NCBI RefSeq assembly: GCF_020745735.1
Contig: NC_083438.1
Location: 32,424,443 to 32,488,442 of the forward strand
From: Hemiscyllium ocellatum
Lineage: Eukaryota
Direction of reading: 5' to 3'
DNA: 64,000 nt
Position 1 is the first letter of the stretch. Each line of letters starts with the position of its first letter. Of this stretch, positions 1-11,656 are shown piece after piece. The position numbers and the translations under genes were made by a program. Under the pieces are notes generated by a model. The model saw only the letters and a list, made by a program, of their open reading frames with translations. It was not told the origin of the DNA and did no database searches.

Positions 1-235
1 TCGGGGAGAGGGTACATAAGCCTAAACATACGCACCAGCCGGTCTCGAAACAGTTTCTCCGCTACTGTTGTCAGAATGCTGAATGGACTCACAAACTCTT
101 AGCATTTGCCAGTAGCTGTGTTTTGGTTTTTGCTGCTGTTTCCCCATTATTTACTTATCGATGCTCCTTAACTCTCTGATCTGCCTGTATTGCTCTCAAG
201 ACAAAGCTTTTCACTGTGCCTCAGTACACATGTCA
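1..235 (+). mobile_element. 3' end of a LINE, probably Rex1/Babar-like
   Basis: Start of window translates as ..TSRSRNSFSATVVRMLN, resembling the C-terminal RLKNSFFPxAVRLLN motif of Rex1/Babar ORF2; followed by a UTR with AATAAA. Family call from memory of the motif. Confidence 0.4.
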
Positions 236-239
236 ATAA

Positions 240-765
240 ATTCAATCCAGTCTAATCCTGTACATCACTCGATACCAGGGTTTGCTGAATTTGTTGGTGC
301 CACCCTTTACCTTTATTGGAATAGGATGGCCCTGTGCTCTCCCTATTTCCTTGGTGAGTGTGTCCCACCTGATCTTAAAACATAGAAACAGTTTTCTGTC
401 ACAGATTTACCCAGAAGGTCCCCTCTGGCCAGGTCATATCTCCTTATTAAAATTGGCCTTCTTCAATTCAGACTTTGATTTCAAGCCTACCCTTTCCCTT
501 TCCCAAAACAAGCTGGAATCTGACTGAGTTATGACCACTGTCGACAAACCGTTCCCCAACTGATACTTCAATCACTCGCTGAGCTTCATAACCTAAAATC
601 AAGCCGAGGATCACTCTCTCTCGTATGGTCTTCTGAAGCTGTCCTGGATGCATTGTAAGAATTCCACACTCTAAACCTCTCACACAATGACCGAGCTATT
701 TATCCTTGATGTTGAAATTCCCTACAATCACGACCCTATTACTTTTACATTGCCTGAGATTTGCT
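240..765 (-). mobile_element. CR1-type LINE ORF2 fragment (endonuclease C-terminal part)
   Basis: ORF 468-683 reads TIRERVILGLILGYEAQRVIEVSVGERFVDSGHNSVRF, a degenerate CR1 PTRExAILDLVL...SDHNxVRF APE motif. Confidence 0.7.
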
Positions 766-1058
766 GAGAAAACTGCTCTTCTGTTTCTCTAAGACTCTCA
801 GAGGGTCTGTCGGACACAACTACATCCTCTGGTTCTCCAGTGGGATAATATTTGCTCCTTTCCAATCCACGGGGACTGTTCAGCAGCAAGAGGATGACAA
901 GCTGGAAGTGACTGGATGATGCTGCTCAATGACAGGCTGGATTGAAGCATCCTCACAGCTCAGGGAATGGACAGGGACAGAGCTCAGCAACATTTCACAC
1001 AATGTTATACAAAGATCAAAGGGTTACCATGGAAACAGTGCAACATTCCAGAACTCAC

Positions 1059-1164
1059 CATCTTTGTCGCTTTAGGACAATGTAACCCACAATTCCTGCT
1101 ACAATAAAAACAGCAGCAATCCCGATTCCCAAACCAACTCTTGCTCCAGGGGAGAGTCCAGGAC
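1059..1164 (-). CDS. Gene A transmembrane exon (GPGLSPGARVGLGIGIAAVFIVAGIVGYIVLKRQR)
   Basis: ctctgtctctag|GT acceptor and TG|gtgagt donor; 106 nt, phase 1 to 2; about 22 hydrophobic residues then a KRQR stop-transfer; paralogous to three other exons. Confidence 0.88.
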
Positions 1165-1469
1165 CTAGAGACAGAGTGAAGCCATTAACAGACTGGGACA
1201 CACAAACAAAACTAACAGCAGAGACCTTCAGCACCTAGTGTTTCAGAACCAGCCCCAGTACAAACAGATCCCTGGGTAATTCTAGTCCTGGAGGGATGTG
1301 GGAGGTTAGATCCCAATAAGCTCTCACACACCAGACCACCCCACAGCTCCTTGCACACACACACACACACAATGTGAGTGATACATGCTTTCCAATAGCG
1401 AGAACTGGGCACTTACAAGCAGCAGTTTCCCTTCAATTAAACTGAACAGCAACTGAAATTATTGTTAAT

Positions 1470-1800
1470 TTTACAAGGAAAGGAAAGTGTTTCACACTGC
1501 CTTCAATCCAGGGTCACGACCTCCAGATTATATCTCTCTGTGCCCTCACCTCTGGTGGGCCTGTCCTTCCAGTGGGACAGGACGTACCCAGGGATGGTGA
1601 TAGGGGAGTCTGGGATGTTGTGTTATTTCTGTCAGTGTGACTATGTCCCACAGTGTCCCAAGTTGGACCCCAGTCCCCAGATGTTAGTGAGGGGGACTTT
1701 GCAGGGTCAGCTGGGCTGGCTGTGACATTGCTGTGTCCTGATTCGATGCCTGGCTCACAGCCAGTGGTCCATTCAGTTTTATTGTGGATTTTCCTGTCTA
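1470..1800 (-). mobile_element. Old degenerate LINE endonuclease remnant in the intron (paralogous copies 2270-2660, 18540-18850, 22880-23680, 40200-40500)
   Basis: Translates with frameshifts as DIVTLTE...ITIPGYVLSHWKDRPTRG, the N-terminal APE motif of CR1/L2-group LINEs. Confidence 0.6.
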
Positions 1801-2055
1801 GGAGTTTGATTGATGTGAAACTAATTGATATGCTCAGATAATTAAAAAGGGCAAGTAAACTTTCCCCAGGTTAATGTGGACTGAAGGGTCTCTTTCCATG
1901 CTGTATAGCTCTATAACTCTATGGGACTCTCACTGAGTCATTCTTTGGTAAAATATCACAAAGCATTTCAAACTTTCCAATGTTCCTCCCTGTCTATCCA
2001 ACATGATCCAATGTAAGAGCTGAAAACACATGCAGTAGTTTAGAAACATATTTAC

Positions 2056-2094
2056 CTGGTACAGGTGTTTTCGGTCCAGGTGTAGGAGCTCGCT
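2056..2094 (-). CDS. Gene A 39-nt stalk mini-exon (ERAPTPGPKTPVP)
   Basis: ttttctttag|AG acceptor and CAG|gtaaat donor; phase 1-1; conserved in B and C; joins V to TM in frame. Confidence 0.8.
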
Positions 2095-2689
2095 CTAAAG
2101 AAAACATCGTGTGGTAAGTACGGTGTGTGAAACAAACTACAGAAATGTTCAGAGACTCTATCGGGCTTCAGGGAAACACACCCAGGGAGGAATGAGGCTC
2201 AGGTCAGACTGATCAGGAGGGATCAGGAACAGGAACAGGATCGGGAGTGAAAATTCCAACAGGATTGCATTAACTGTGAAGGGTAGAATGGAAGTTTTCC
2301 AGAGTGACCCTGAGCAGGATCATTCCCAGCAGCTTACATCCCCCTGTGGAAAGAATCCTCACAGGATCCTGGGCTGACTGGGATACACTTTCAAGGACAG
2401 TGCACTGGGTCTTGGAAAGGCTGCTTGGGAGGGGCTGTGGGTCCCTCCTCCTTCCCCCTAACCTCTGGAGGCATAAGGACACAGCCTGTGATGGTGACAG
2501 TGCAGTCTCTGGTGGAAGGGGATTCTCTCAGTAAGGCTCTGTTACACAGCCCAACGTACAGATGTTACTGATGGATCTTTGTAAAGTTGACTTGATTGAG
2601 TGTGTCTCTGCAATTCAGTCCCTGGTTCAAAGCCAGTGGTCTGTTGGGTTTTATTTATGTTCCTCTTTGTAATGGTGAGACAAACTCAT

Positions 2690-2995
2690 TTCCCTCGGAG
2701 GTAATTTGCCAAATCAGAAAAATGTCCCCCAGGTTGGTGTGGGACTGGAGTCACATAGAGACCAGACCGGGTAAGGACGGCAGGTTTCCTTCCCTAAAGG
2801 GACATGAGGGAACCAGTTGGTGTTTTACAACAATCCAACAGCTTCATGGTCAGCAGTTCTGAGGAAGGGTCACTCAACCCAAAACATTCATTCTGATTTC
2901 TCTCCACAGATGCTGCCAGATCTACTGAGCTTTTCCAGTAATTTCTCTTTTTGTTTCTGATTTACAGCATCTGCAGTTTTTTTGATTTTTATTTA
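2690..2995. mobile_element. SINE fragment plus Penelope-type terminal fragment with a degenerate hammerhead-like core
   Basis: 2700-2860 matches the SINE at 63.5k; 2860-2995 has CTGAGGAAGGGTC..ACCCAAAAC followed by the cagatgctgccaga..cagcatctgcag tail seen at 32.2k; copy at 23690-23970. Confidence 0.5.
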
Positions 2996-3151
2996 GCTTC
3001 ATGGTCTCTTTTATTGCGGCTGAATTTATATTTCCAGATTATAATTCAAATACACTACTTACATTGAGAGAGAGTGGCATACAACCCCTGCACAAACACA
3101 GACAGAAAATCACAGATTAAATACTAAACATCAGAAGGAGATCGCTCTCAC

Positions 3152-3490
3152 CTTTTACAGAGAGATCGACAGAATCAAACTGCTCCAAATTTAGATCCAC
3201 TCTCTTTTCAATCCAACACCGATACACACCCTGGTCTGTCACCCTGAGGTCAGAGATCAGAACTGACCAGTTCCCTTGTTCCAGTTGATCTTTGAACAGG
3301 TTCGCTCGGTTTCTGAACCGTGGGTCTTGTTGGGCCAAATCATCATTCCCATCGACAAACACGTATAAAATTTCCTCCTTCTGTGTGCTCCAGATTACCA
3401 GTAAATCAGAGACTGGGACATTCCCTTTGTAGGTACAGGGCAGCACAACCTGCTCCCCAAGGAACCCAGAAACTGGGACAGGCGAGTCAC
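3152..3490 (-). CDS. Gene A IgV exon (V1), B7/butyrophilin-like V-set domain
   Basis: ttccag|GT GAC acceptor and AAAG|gtgag donor; 339 nt, phase 1-1; B-strand LPC, C-strand W, QDPRFRNRANLF, GNWS, DxGxYxC. Motifs resemble the CD276/VTCN1/BTN V domain; orthology not assignable by eye. Confidence 0.92.
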
Positions 3491-5640
3491 CTGGAATAGA
3501 TTGAAAGGATTTATCCACAGATAGAACCTCCCTGCTGGTACATCACATCCCAAGCTTCACACGGTTACACTGTGATGCTGGATTTACAAGAAGCTCTGAT
3601 CAGTAACTCACTGCTTTCATTTCTGGGGGAAGGTTAAAGCTCAGACATTGAGGGTCTTCAACTAAAAGCAGCTTGTGCTGGATATTTGTCAGCACTGAGC
3701 AGCTGGACAGCACTTTGAATCACATGGTTCCCATTTGGACACCCACTGGGAGACTGGGGAGCGGTTGGGAGGGAAGGTGCACTGTGGGAGGTGGAACTGA
3801 GCAGCCAAAAAACCTGGAAAGGATAAAGACAGAAATGGGAGGGGTGGGGGAGTGCACCCCAGGATGTGCAGAGAGTTTGGGACAGGCTGTGGGGACCTTA
3901 CCCTCCTCCCCCACACACTCAGAATCCTAAGATCCAGAGCTTCATCCCCACTCCCACGATCTGAGACAATTCCCACCTCCATTTGATCCCAGGAGATTCC
4001 CAGATTCCTGATCCCAGTGCTCAGGGCTCACTCTCCCCTCCCACTGTCACTGAGTGTAGTTCAGTGTCCAGCTGCCTCTGATCACATCCCAGGGGTTAAC
4101 CTGAAGACATTGAGTGCCTTCCTTTCATTGCATTCTTCATAGAGAGAAATCTGAGGTACATGTACAGTTAGTGAACCCACTCAGATCTATTACTTTCTTT
4201 ACACACAGAACAAATCAAGTCTTTGATTTTCACATTCTCTATATTTACAGTCAACCTCTTGGCATTTAGCTGAGGCGTCAGCGAGGTCCAGTTACTGCCT
4301 GAACCCCTGTTATTCTCCAGCAGAACGACCTTACACGGTGGTCTTTCCCCGCTGCACCTTGGCAGCAGCTGCCCCAAGCTGTAGGAAAGGCAACGTGGAG
4401 ACACACCACACAGAAGATTTAACACAACGCACGCAATTTTAACACCCATTTTAAAGTTTATGAGGTTAGCAATGGCCATTCACCAATGGTCCAGTCACTG
4501 GGGGGACTGTCTGCACCCCCTTGTGGGTGAGCTGTTGGACCCCCGCAGGGCTGAGGTAGCCGTCCCCTTCCTCACTGCGGCCATTTTCCCGCTCTGGTGA
4601 GAACAAGGTCAGCAGAGTCCAGTTCTGAGTCTGACAGAGGGACTGTCGGAGGATTGCGGCTCCCAGTTACCTGGAGCTGTGGGCCAGTGGGTATCCCCTG
4701 GTTCTCACCGAGTGGGGCTGGACTTTACCAATCCCCTCGGGAGGGTGGGGCCCATTGTTTCCGGGTTGGGGAACTCTTCTCCTTTCCCCCGTGGTGCTCC
4801 GCCTCTTTTTCTGATGATGACCATCCTTCCTTCCCCACCCCCCCACCCCTGAACTTCACCAGAAGAGCTGCTGGTGTCATCCTCATGTAGCTGTCTGTTT
4901 CCCCTTTACTGTGAGGCTGTGGTGGGATTCCCTTTTCCTGTTGTGTTTCACCGGTATCCACTCCCCCACCTCCTTGGTCTCCTCCTCCTCCATTGTCTCC
5001 CTCTGTCCAGCTGGAGGTGGGGTCGGTTGCTGGGCCTCCATGCTGGCTGCTGTCTGTTCCACTCCAGCCTGTCCTTTCTGGGAGCCTCTTGTCTCGGTTC
5101 CCTTCCTGGATGGGGGTGTGGCACCCCCCCACCCCCATCCTATAATGGGCCGGCCTTGTACATGTGACCGTCACCTTACAGTCCGCTGCCATATGTCCCG
5201 CCCTCCCACAGGTTCAGCACACTCTAAGCTGCCCTGTATATGTCAGGTCACCTCTGCTCCTTCCAATCGCGAAACTGGAGGGCGGGTGGAGAATGTTCCC
5301 CCTGGCATCCACCCTCAGGATCACATTCACCAGCCGCCTACTGGTCCAGGTTCCGAAGGCATCCACAACATCAGTGCTGTCTCCTTCAAGCTACATGTAC
5401 CTTCCCAGGAAGGTGACAACATCTACTGCTGGGCCATGGGGGTTGTACATATGGATTGGAACAGCCCAGCTCCTCTGTGCAGGGAGAACACACAATGACA
5501 CCCCTGACAGGATGGAGAACAGAGCCACACCTTCTTTCTCCTCAAATACCTTCAGAAGATGCTCACATTGCTTCACACTCCTAAAGGTCACATTGAAACA
5601 TCCACCACTGGGGAAATCCTGCCCTCAGAGGATTGTTTTT

Positions 5641-6980
5641 TAAATTTCAAAAATACACTTTTATTCATAAAATATTTTGATGATCTGTACAATTGGTGGT
5701 GCCATTCACAGGCACACCTTGCATTTCTTTACATAGAGATGGGAATTAATCATTCCTATATACGGGTCTGTACGTTCACCACCCATATATTTAGCTGAGG
5801 CTTCAGCGGAGCCCACTTACTGCGTGGCCACCCTGTTCTTCTTAGGCAGGCAGACATTACACGATGGTCTTTCCCCACTGTGCCTTGGCGGCAGCTGACC
5901 CAAGCTTCCCTCAACACGTAGTCCTGGACCTTGGAATGTGCCAGTCCGCAACACTCAGTTGGGGTCAACTCCTTCAGCTGGAAGATCAACAGGTTTCGGA
6001 CAGACCAAAGGGCGTCTTTCACGGAGTTGATGATCCTCCAGGAGCAGTTGAAGTTCGTCTCAGTGTGCGTCCGGGAACAGACCGTAGGGCACGGAGTCCC
6101 GCGTCACGGAAGATGGCCCGGGTGACTGCAATGGCACAGGTTCTGGGAATAGGCCAGATCTGTGTTACATATAACAGCAATAACAGTGCCTCACACCTGA
6201 TGAGCAGGTTTTTACCCATGACAGAGAGTGACCATAGCTTCCATCTGCCCAGTTTCTGCCTCACTTTCTTGAAACGCTCCCCCCAAGAACTGGCACACAT
6301 CCCAGCCCCCCCGAACCAAATACCCAGCACCTTCAGGTGGTCGGTCCTGACGGTGAAGGGGATCAAGGATTGGTCGGCCCAGTTCCCAAAGAGCATGGCC
6401 TCACTCTTGCGTCGGTTTACCTTGGCCCCCGAGGCCCGTTCAAAATGGTCACATATGCACAGGTGTCTGCGCATGGACAGTGGATCCGAGCAGAAAACGG
6501 TGACTTCATCCATGTACAGGGAGGTCTTAACCTGCAGGCCCCTACTGCCAGGAATAGTCACCCCTCTGGCGGGTCTCTGGCACTGTGAGGCAGCAGTGCT
6601 AACCACTGTGCCACCGTGCCGCCCATGGTATAAGACAGATGTCAGAGGTAGTTTCTTTATTCAGAGAGTAGTAAGGGCATGGAATGCTTTGCCTGCAACA
6701 GTAGTAGATTCACCAAGTTTAAGTGTGTTTAAGTCGTCATTGGACAGGCATATAGACGTACATGGAATAGTGCAGGTGGGATGGGCTTCAGATTAGTATG
6801 ACAGGGCGGCACAACATCGAGGGCTGAAGGGCCTGTACTGCGCTGTAATGTTCTATATATGAATGATTACTCAATCGCTGTTTGCAAAGAAACGGAATGC
6901 TTATGTATGTGTGGCATGACCAATTGTACAGATCATCAAAATATTTTTATGAATAAAGTATATTTTTGAAATAAAAAAAG
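5641..6980. mobile_element. Nested Tx1 3' fragments plus HE1 SINE/CR1 tail pieces
   Basis: ORF 6019-6606 has RT motif SLYMDEV..GAKVNRRKSEAM; Tx1 tails (ttttatgaataaagt) in opposite orientations at 5641-5700 and 6900-6980; CR1 3' end at 6620-6860. Confidence 0.75.
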
Positions 6981-7093
6981 CCAGCATGAAGATCCACCAA
7001 GAGCTGGCCTGCCCAACCAATGATCCTCCAACGCCCAATCACCATCCAGCGATGATCCCAATAGCTCTGATGACTCACAACTCAACTCCCACA

Positions 7094-7139
7094 CTGATCA
7101 GAACAGATTCTAGACTTAGCCAAAAGGACAAAAAATGAT
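7094..7139 (-). pseudogene. RNU2: U2 snRNA 5' fragment (head of the Tx1 element; 6-nt deletion)
   Basis: ATCATTTTTTGTCCTTTTGGCTAAG------TCTAGAATCTGTTCTGATCAG aligns to U2 nt 1-52 (ATCGCTTCTCGGCCTTTTGGCTAAGATCAAGTGTAGTATCTGTTCTTATCAG). Confidence 0.75.
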
Positions 7140-7326
7140 TAAGATCAAGTGCCTTCCTTTCAGCTCTCTCTCATGATCACGGTGTGTAATGTGAACCTAC
7201 TGTGTCCCACTCCCTCAGTGGGTCCACTTGCAGCCCACACAGCACCTTAAAGCAAGAGGAATTCCTGATTCCCCCCACCCCCAGCCTTTGATCCTGCTGA
7301 AATGTTCCAGCACTCACAGCACTGAC

Positions 7327-7399
7327 CTGAAACAGCAGCAACAACATTTAGCAGCAGCAGCAGCAGCAGGGGGGGGAGTAGTTTCTGTGAGCTGTGTCC
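7327..7399 (-). CDS. Gene A leader (signal peptide) exon GHSSQKLLPPLLLLLLLNVVAAVS(G)
   Basis: tgttttcttgttgcag| acceptor and TCAG|gtcagt donor; 73 nt, phase 0 to 1; joins V1 in frame; same length in B and C. Confidence 0.85.
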
Positions 7400-8018
7400 C
7401 TGCAACAAGAAAACACAGTGAGTCCCTTTCCAACAGATTCCCTTCCTGATCAGGTTGATGATCCCGCTCCGCCCTGTCCCCGGGTGATGCCTGACAGATA
7501 CAGCCCATGAGAAGGGCTGGGACATGGGGACTCGGAGTGAGAGGGAGGGCAGGGACAATTCACACAGTTACTAAAAATTGCAATCGACATTTTGATCGCA
7601 TTTTGCCAGTTTCCTTCTTTCTAACGAACATTCTTAGCGCCTTCGCAAACGCCGCAGCCTCGGTCTCTCATATTTCAATCGTTTGAACTTTCTGTCCACT
7701 CCCTCAGTTCACCACAATATAATCTGTTGTCCCTCAGAAACTCGCATCTTTCCGATTGTGAGAAACCCCAGAGCAGGATCCTGTTCGTCTGGTTCAGCTC
7801 CATCTCCCCCTCCCTCCCCCCTCCCTCAGTTCACTCACAGATCACTTTATAAACTTCTGAGAAGTTCCAGCCCTTTCTGTCTGTCTCTGAGATTGTCAGC
7901 ATTTCCTTTTAATAAAGAGGTGAGTGCTGGGGGGTGATGAGGGAGAGAGAGTTTCCCCCCAGATCCCCCTCCCTCCCTCCCTCCGTGTCCCCGGGTGGGA
8001 GACACTGACAGTAAGTAC

Positions 8019-8102
8019 CTGCAGCTCCTTTCCCGGGACCGGGACTGCGATCAGGATCAGAGGCAGACACTGACAGGAGACCGAGAAGCTGCTGAGAAAC
8101 AT
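8019..8102 (-). CDS. Gene A candidate first coding exon (MFLSSFSVSCQCLPLILIAVPVPGKELQ)
   Basis: ATG plus 28 codons ending CAG|gtactt in phase 0, matching the leader exon; conserved in B and C. Donor is weak; an alternative start is an in-frame upstream ATG (MSQPFSW..) read into the leader exon. Confidence 0.35.
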
Positions 8103-8325
8103 TTGGTAAAACTCCATGTTGGAGGGAGAGCAGGGTGTGTCTCAGTCAGATACAGCCCAGATCCTGCCCAACATTACACCCCGCTGCTTCACTCCTTGTC
8201 AAGGACTCAGCGAGAGTGTGTTTACGTGAATTGATACAGATGTTAAACTGACCCATGTTGGGGGAGGGGGGTGGTCATTCCCTTTCCCTTCCCTCTCTCT
8301 CCACTCCGGATCTGGACCCACAGTT

Positions 8326-8480
8326 TTCCGGGAATCCCCACTCGGATCATTATTTTACTCCATTCCCTTCAGGGTTAAAGCAGCTTTGATCCGGCTTTTC
8401 CCACAGAGGCTGCACCCGGATTCCTCACCCACCCCCTTCCGTGAGAATGGGATAGTCCAGGCCCCGCCCAGACACGTGAC
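8326..8480. promoter_or_regulatory. Candidate promoter of gene A: GAS site, GC box, E-box
   Basis: TTCCGGGAA at 8326-8334 (STAT consensus), GGCCCCGCCC and CACGTGAC at about 8461-8480; locally CpG-rich; homologous motifs at 31262-31271 and 31408-31441. Confidence 0.4.
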
Positions 8481-8639
8481 AGGAGTGGAGCGATGAATGA
8501 ACATTACGGGAATGTAAAAACCCTGACAGAACGCTTTTCAGTCCACGTGACCATCCATTGGTCTAACCCGGAACGGAGTTATGGAGATGTACAGCAGGAA
8601 ACAGACCATTCGGTCCAACTCGTCCATGCCGACCAGATT

Positions 8640-10700
8640 TTTGTTTAATTCAAAAACATATTTTATGCATAAAATTATTTGGATCTCTATACAATCGGTC
8701 ATACCATTCTAGTGCACACATTACACAGCTTTACATACAGACAGCGAAATTTATTTTTCCTATATACAGGTCAGTACATTTACCATCCAGCTCTTCTTGG
8801 TGCTTGTTGGAAAGTTCTGGCGATGAGGCATTCTGCCAAATGGCTTTGACAGTCTGCTCAGGGAACCGCTCAATAGGATCCACCCTCTCCTTTTCCCAAA
8901 GGGTCTCAAGGACGCTACGTGCTGACCACATCCTGATGGACGTGTGGTCAAAGGTGTTTTTCTTCATAAACTTCTCCATGAAGGACAGGTGGTACGGAAC
9001 AGTCCAACTACTCGGAGCGTTCTGCAGCAGCGAGGCCAGGCCCATCCTTCGCAACACCGGGGACAGGTAGAACCTCAGTACGTAGTGATACTTGGTGTTT
9101 GCGTACCGGAGATCCATGCACAGCTTGATGCAGCCACACACAAAGGTGGCCATCAGGGTGAGGGTGGCATTGGGTGTATTTTTTCCCCATTGCCCAGATC
9201 TTTGTACAGCGAGTCCCTTCGGACTCAGTCCATCTTTGACCTCCATATAAATTGGAAGATGGCCCGGGTGACTGCAGCGGCACAGGTTCTGGGAATAGGC
9301 CAGAACTGTGCCACATACAACAGCAATGACATGCCTCATACCTGATGACCAGGTTTTTTCCCGTGATGGAGAGTGACCGTAGCTTCCACCTGCCCAGTTT
9401 CTGCCTCACTTTGCTGATACACTCCTCCCAAGACTTGGGGCACGCCTCAGCCCCTCTGAAGCAAATACCCAGCACCTTCAGGTGGTCGATCCTGACGGTG
9501 AAGGGGATTGAGAATTGGTCAGACCAGTTCCCTAAAAGCATGGCTTCGCTCTTGCCTCGGTTTACCTTGGCTCCCAAGGCCTGTTCAAACTGGTCACATA
9601 TGCACGAGTCTGCGCCCGGACAGCAGATCCAAGCAGGAAACGGCGACATCATCCATGTACAGGGAGGCCTTAACCTGCAGGCCCCCACTGCCAGGAATAG
9701 TCACCCCTCTCAGGCTCGCATCCGTCCTGATGGACTCGGCAAATGGCTCTATGCAGCACACAAACAAGGCAGGAGAGAGAGGGCAGCCCTGTCTGACTCC
9801 AGATCTGACTGGGAAGCTATCTGATACCCACCCATTGATTGAGACTGCACTGACAATGTTGGTGTAGAGCAGTCTGATCCAGTTACAGATTCCCTCCCCA
9901 AAGCCCGTTTTGGAGAGAACATCGCTCATATATGTGTGTGATATCCTATCAAAGGCTTTCTCCTGGTCCAGGCTGATCAGGCAGGTGTCCAACCCTCTGT
10001 CCTGCCCGTAGGCGATCATATCCCTGAGGAGTGTGAGACTCTCAGCGATCTTCCTGCCCGGCACAGCACAGGTTTGGTCAGGGTGAATCACCGACCCCAG
10101 AGCAGACCTGACCCGGCTGGCGATGACCTTTGACAGAATTTTGTAATGCGCATTCAACAGTGAGATTGGTCTCCAATTTTTGAGTTCCTCCCTCTCCCCC
10201 TTCTGCTTGTAGATGAGGGTGATGATGCCTTTCCTCCTGGATTCACTCATGGTACCTGCCCGAAACATACTGACATACACCTCCAGCAGGACCTGGCCAA
10301 TCAAGTCCCACACAGCAGAATTGAGCTCGACCGGTAAACCGTCACTTCCGGGAGTTTTATTCTTTTCGAAGGACTCGAGGGCCTTGGTCAGCTTGTCCAG
10401 AGACAGCGGCTGGTCCAGCCTCGCCCGTGTTCTGACGTCTAAGACCTCCGTGATAGAGGACAGGAACGACTGGGAGGCTGCACTGTGGGTCGGCTTCACT
10501 TCATACCCATCCCCTCAGAGGGATCATCTTTCCCTGTTTGGGCAGCACTGCCCTCCTTTTTCCCTGCGGCGCTCTGTCTCTGCCTCTGGTGACGACCCTC
10601 CTTCCGCCCGTCCTCACCGCCGGAAGAGCTGCCTGTATCCTCGTCCTGTAGGTGTCGCTTCCCCCTTCGCTGGGTGGTCTGATTTTCCCCTTGTGTAGTC
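8640..10700 (-). mobile_element. Tx1-like L1-clade retrotransposon, truncated and degenerate ORF2 (RT)
   Basis: ORF 9594-10499: KTPGSDGLP, NWRPISLLN, LDQEKAFDR, QGCPLSP, LYMDD; Tx1-type 3' tail at 8640-8700. Confidence 0.9.
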
Positions 10701-10774
10701 ACATGTCAAATGTTGTTTGATTGCTCCCATGTCCTTTGTGAAAGGTGCTATATAAATGCAAAGTGTTGCTGCTC

Positions 10775-11440
10775 ACTCTCGTCTATCACTTTTCAAACCC
10801 CCAACCTGGCACCACCCCCCATCTCTGACCTCACGGGGTTCAGTTGCCCTCTGACCATCTGCAAACAGTGAGTGTACCCAGAGAGAAGTATGAAGAGTAA
10901 CGATCTCATCTACCAGGCCAAAGTCAGGAGTGTGAGGGAATACTCCCCACGAGCTGGGATGGGGGCAGCTCCAACAACACTTCCAGGACAAAGCTGCCCT
11001 CCCTTGATTGGTACCACATCCAAAAACAGCTCCTCCACATCTACTTCCTCCACCACCAACACTCAGTAGCAGCAGTGTGTTCCATCTACAAGATGTGCTG
11101 CAGGAACTCACCAAGGCTTCTTAGACAGCACCTTCCAAACCCATAACCACTTCCATCTAGAAGGCTGCAGATAAATGGCAACAGCACCATCTACAAGTTC
11201 CCCTCCAAGTCATTCATCATCCTGACTTGGAAATATATTGCTATTACTTCAGTGTCACTGGGTCAATATCCTGGAATTCCCTCCCAAAGGGGCATTGTGG
11301 GTCTACCCACAGCACATGGACTGCAGCGGTTCAAGGTGGAAGCTCACCACCATCTTCTCAATGGGGCAACTAGGGACAGGCAATAAATGCTGGGCCCAGC
11401 CAGCATTGCTCATGTCCCACAAGGGAAGAGAAACAAAAAT
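10775..11440 (+). mobile_element. 3' part of a CR1/L2-group LINE
   Basis: IYQAKVRSVREYSP motif and 3' end gggcaataaatgctgggcccagccagc; a minus-strand copy lies at about 44985-45510. Confidence 0.7.
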
Positions 11441-11481
11441 TAAATGATGTAACCTGTACTCTGCTTGTGTCTCTCTTCTTG

Positions 11482-11656
11482 GAATTGTGTTCGAAGCCGA
11501 CACTCCAGTAATCGAAATGAAGCATCACATGGTGACCCTTTGAGAGAGGTGGCCTGTTCAGGTGAAGCACGGAGCCTTGTACCAACAGCACCTGAGCATC
11601 AGGATGGAGCGGCTGGAGAACAAAACCTTCTGGGGAACGGGGCTGTCCAGCACTGA
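11482..11656 (+). pseudogene. Orphan cytoplasmic-tail exon with mutated acceptor
   Basis: Encodes NCVRSRHSSNRNEASHGDPLREVACSGEARSLVPTAPEHQDGAAGEQNLLGNGAVQH*, paralogous to the tails of B, C and D; acceptor reads cttcttg|G versus cttctag|G in gene D; no plus-strand TM or V exon upstream. Confidence 0.75.

Larger units (their letters stand above)
770..1860. repeat. TM-exon duplicon block; copies at about 17870-18890, 40140-41270 (inverted) and 57770-58360
   Basis: Long near-identical stretches (e.g. gatgacaagctggaagtgactggatgatgctgctcaatgacaggctgg) recur at all four sites, each with a TM exon and an (AC)n tract. Confidence 0.9.
4128..7147 (-). mobile_element. Internally deleted Tx1-like (L1 clade) element with a U2 snRNA-derived head, nested insertions and a 15-bp TSD
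   Basis: ORF1 remnant (FPSGGCFNVTF..MYNPHGPAVDVVTFLGRY, zinc knuckle CGRAGHMAADC), ORF2 end near 4.35k; AGTGCCTTCCTTTCA at 4113-4127 and 7148-7162; single copy of this site in gene C near 34.34k. Confidence 0.75.
2690..8150. repeat. Segmental duplication gene A vs gene B (partner about 23690-30370, direct)
   Basis: Colinear near-identical V exon, introns, Tx1 insertion, leader and 5' region; duplicated ORFs 4168-4479/25156-25467 and 5164-5643/26157-26636. Confidence 0.92.

Noticed and set aside
1164-3152. Hidden IgC exon between V and TM
   Set aside because: The conserved intronic blocks translate as LINE endonuclease remnants or contain stops; no C..W..C pattern with matching splice phases was found in A, B or C.
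4168-4479. Duplicated 103-aa ORF (also 25156-25467)
   Set aside because: Spans the Tx1 ORF2 end and 3' UTR; conserved only because it lies in a recent segmental duplication.
7314-7508. Poly-Ala/poly-Cys ORF (also 29659-29946 and 32765-33052)
   Set aside because: Alternative frame of the CTG repeat in the leader exon; out of frame with the V exon.
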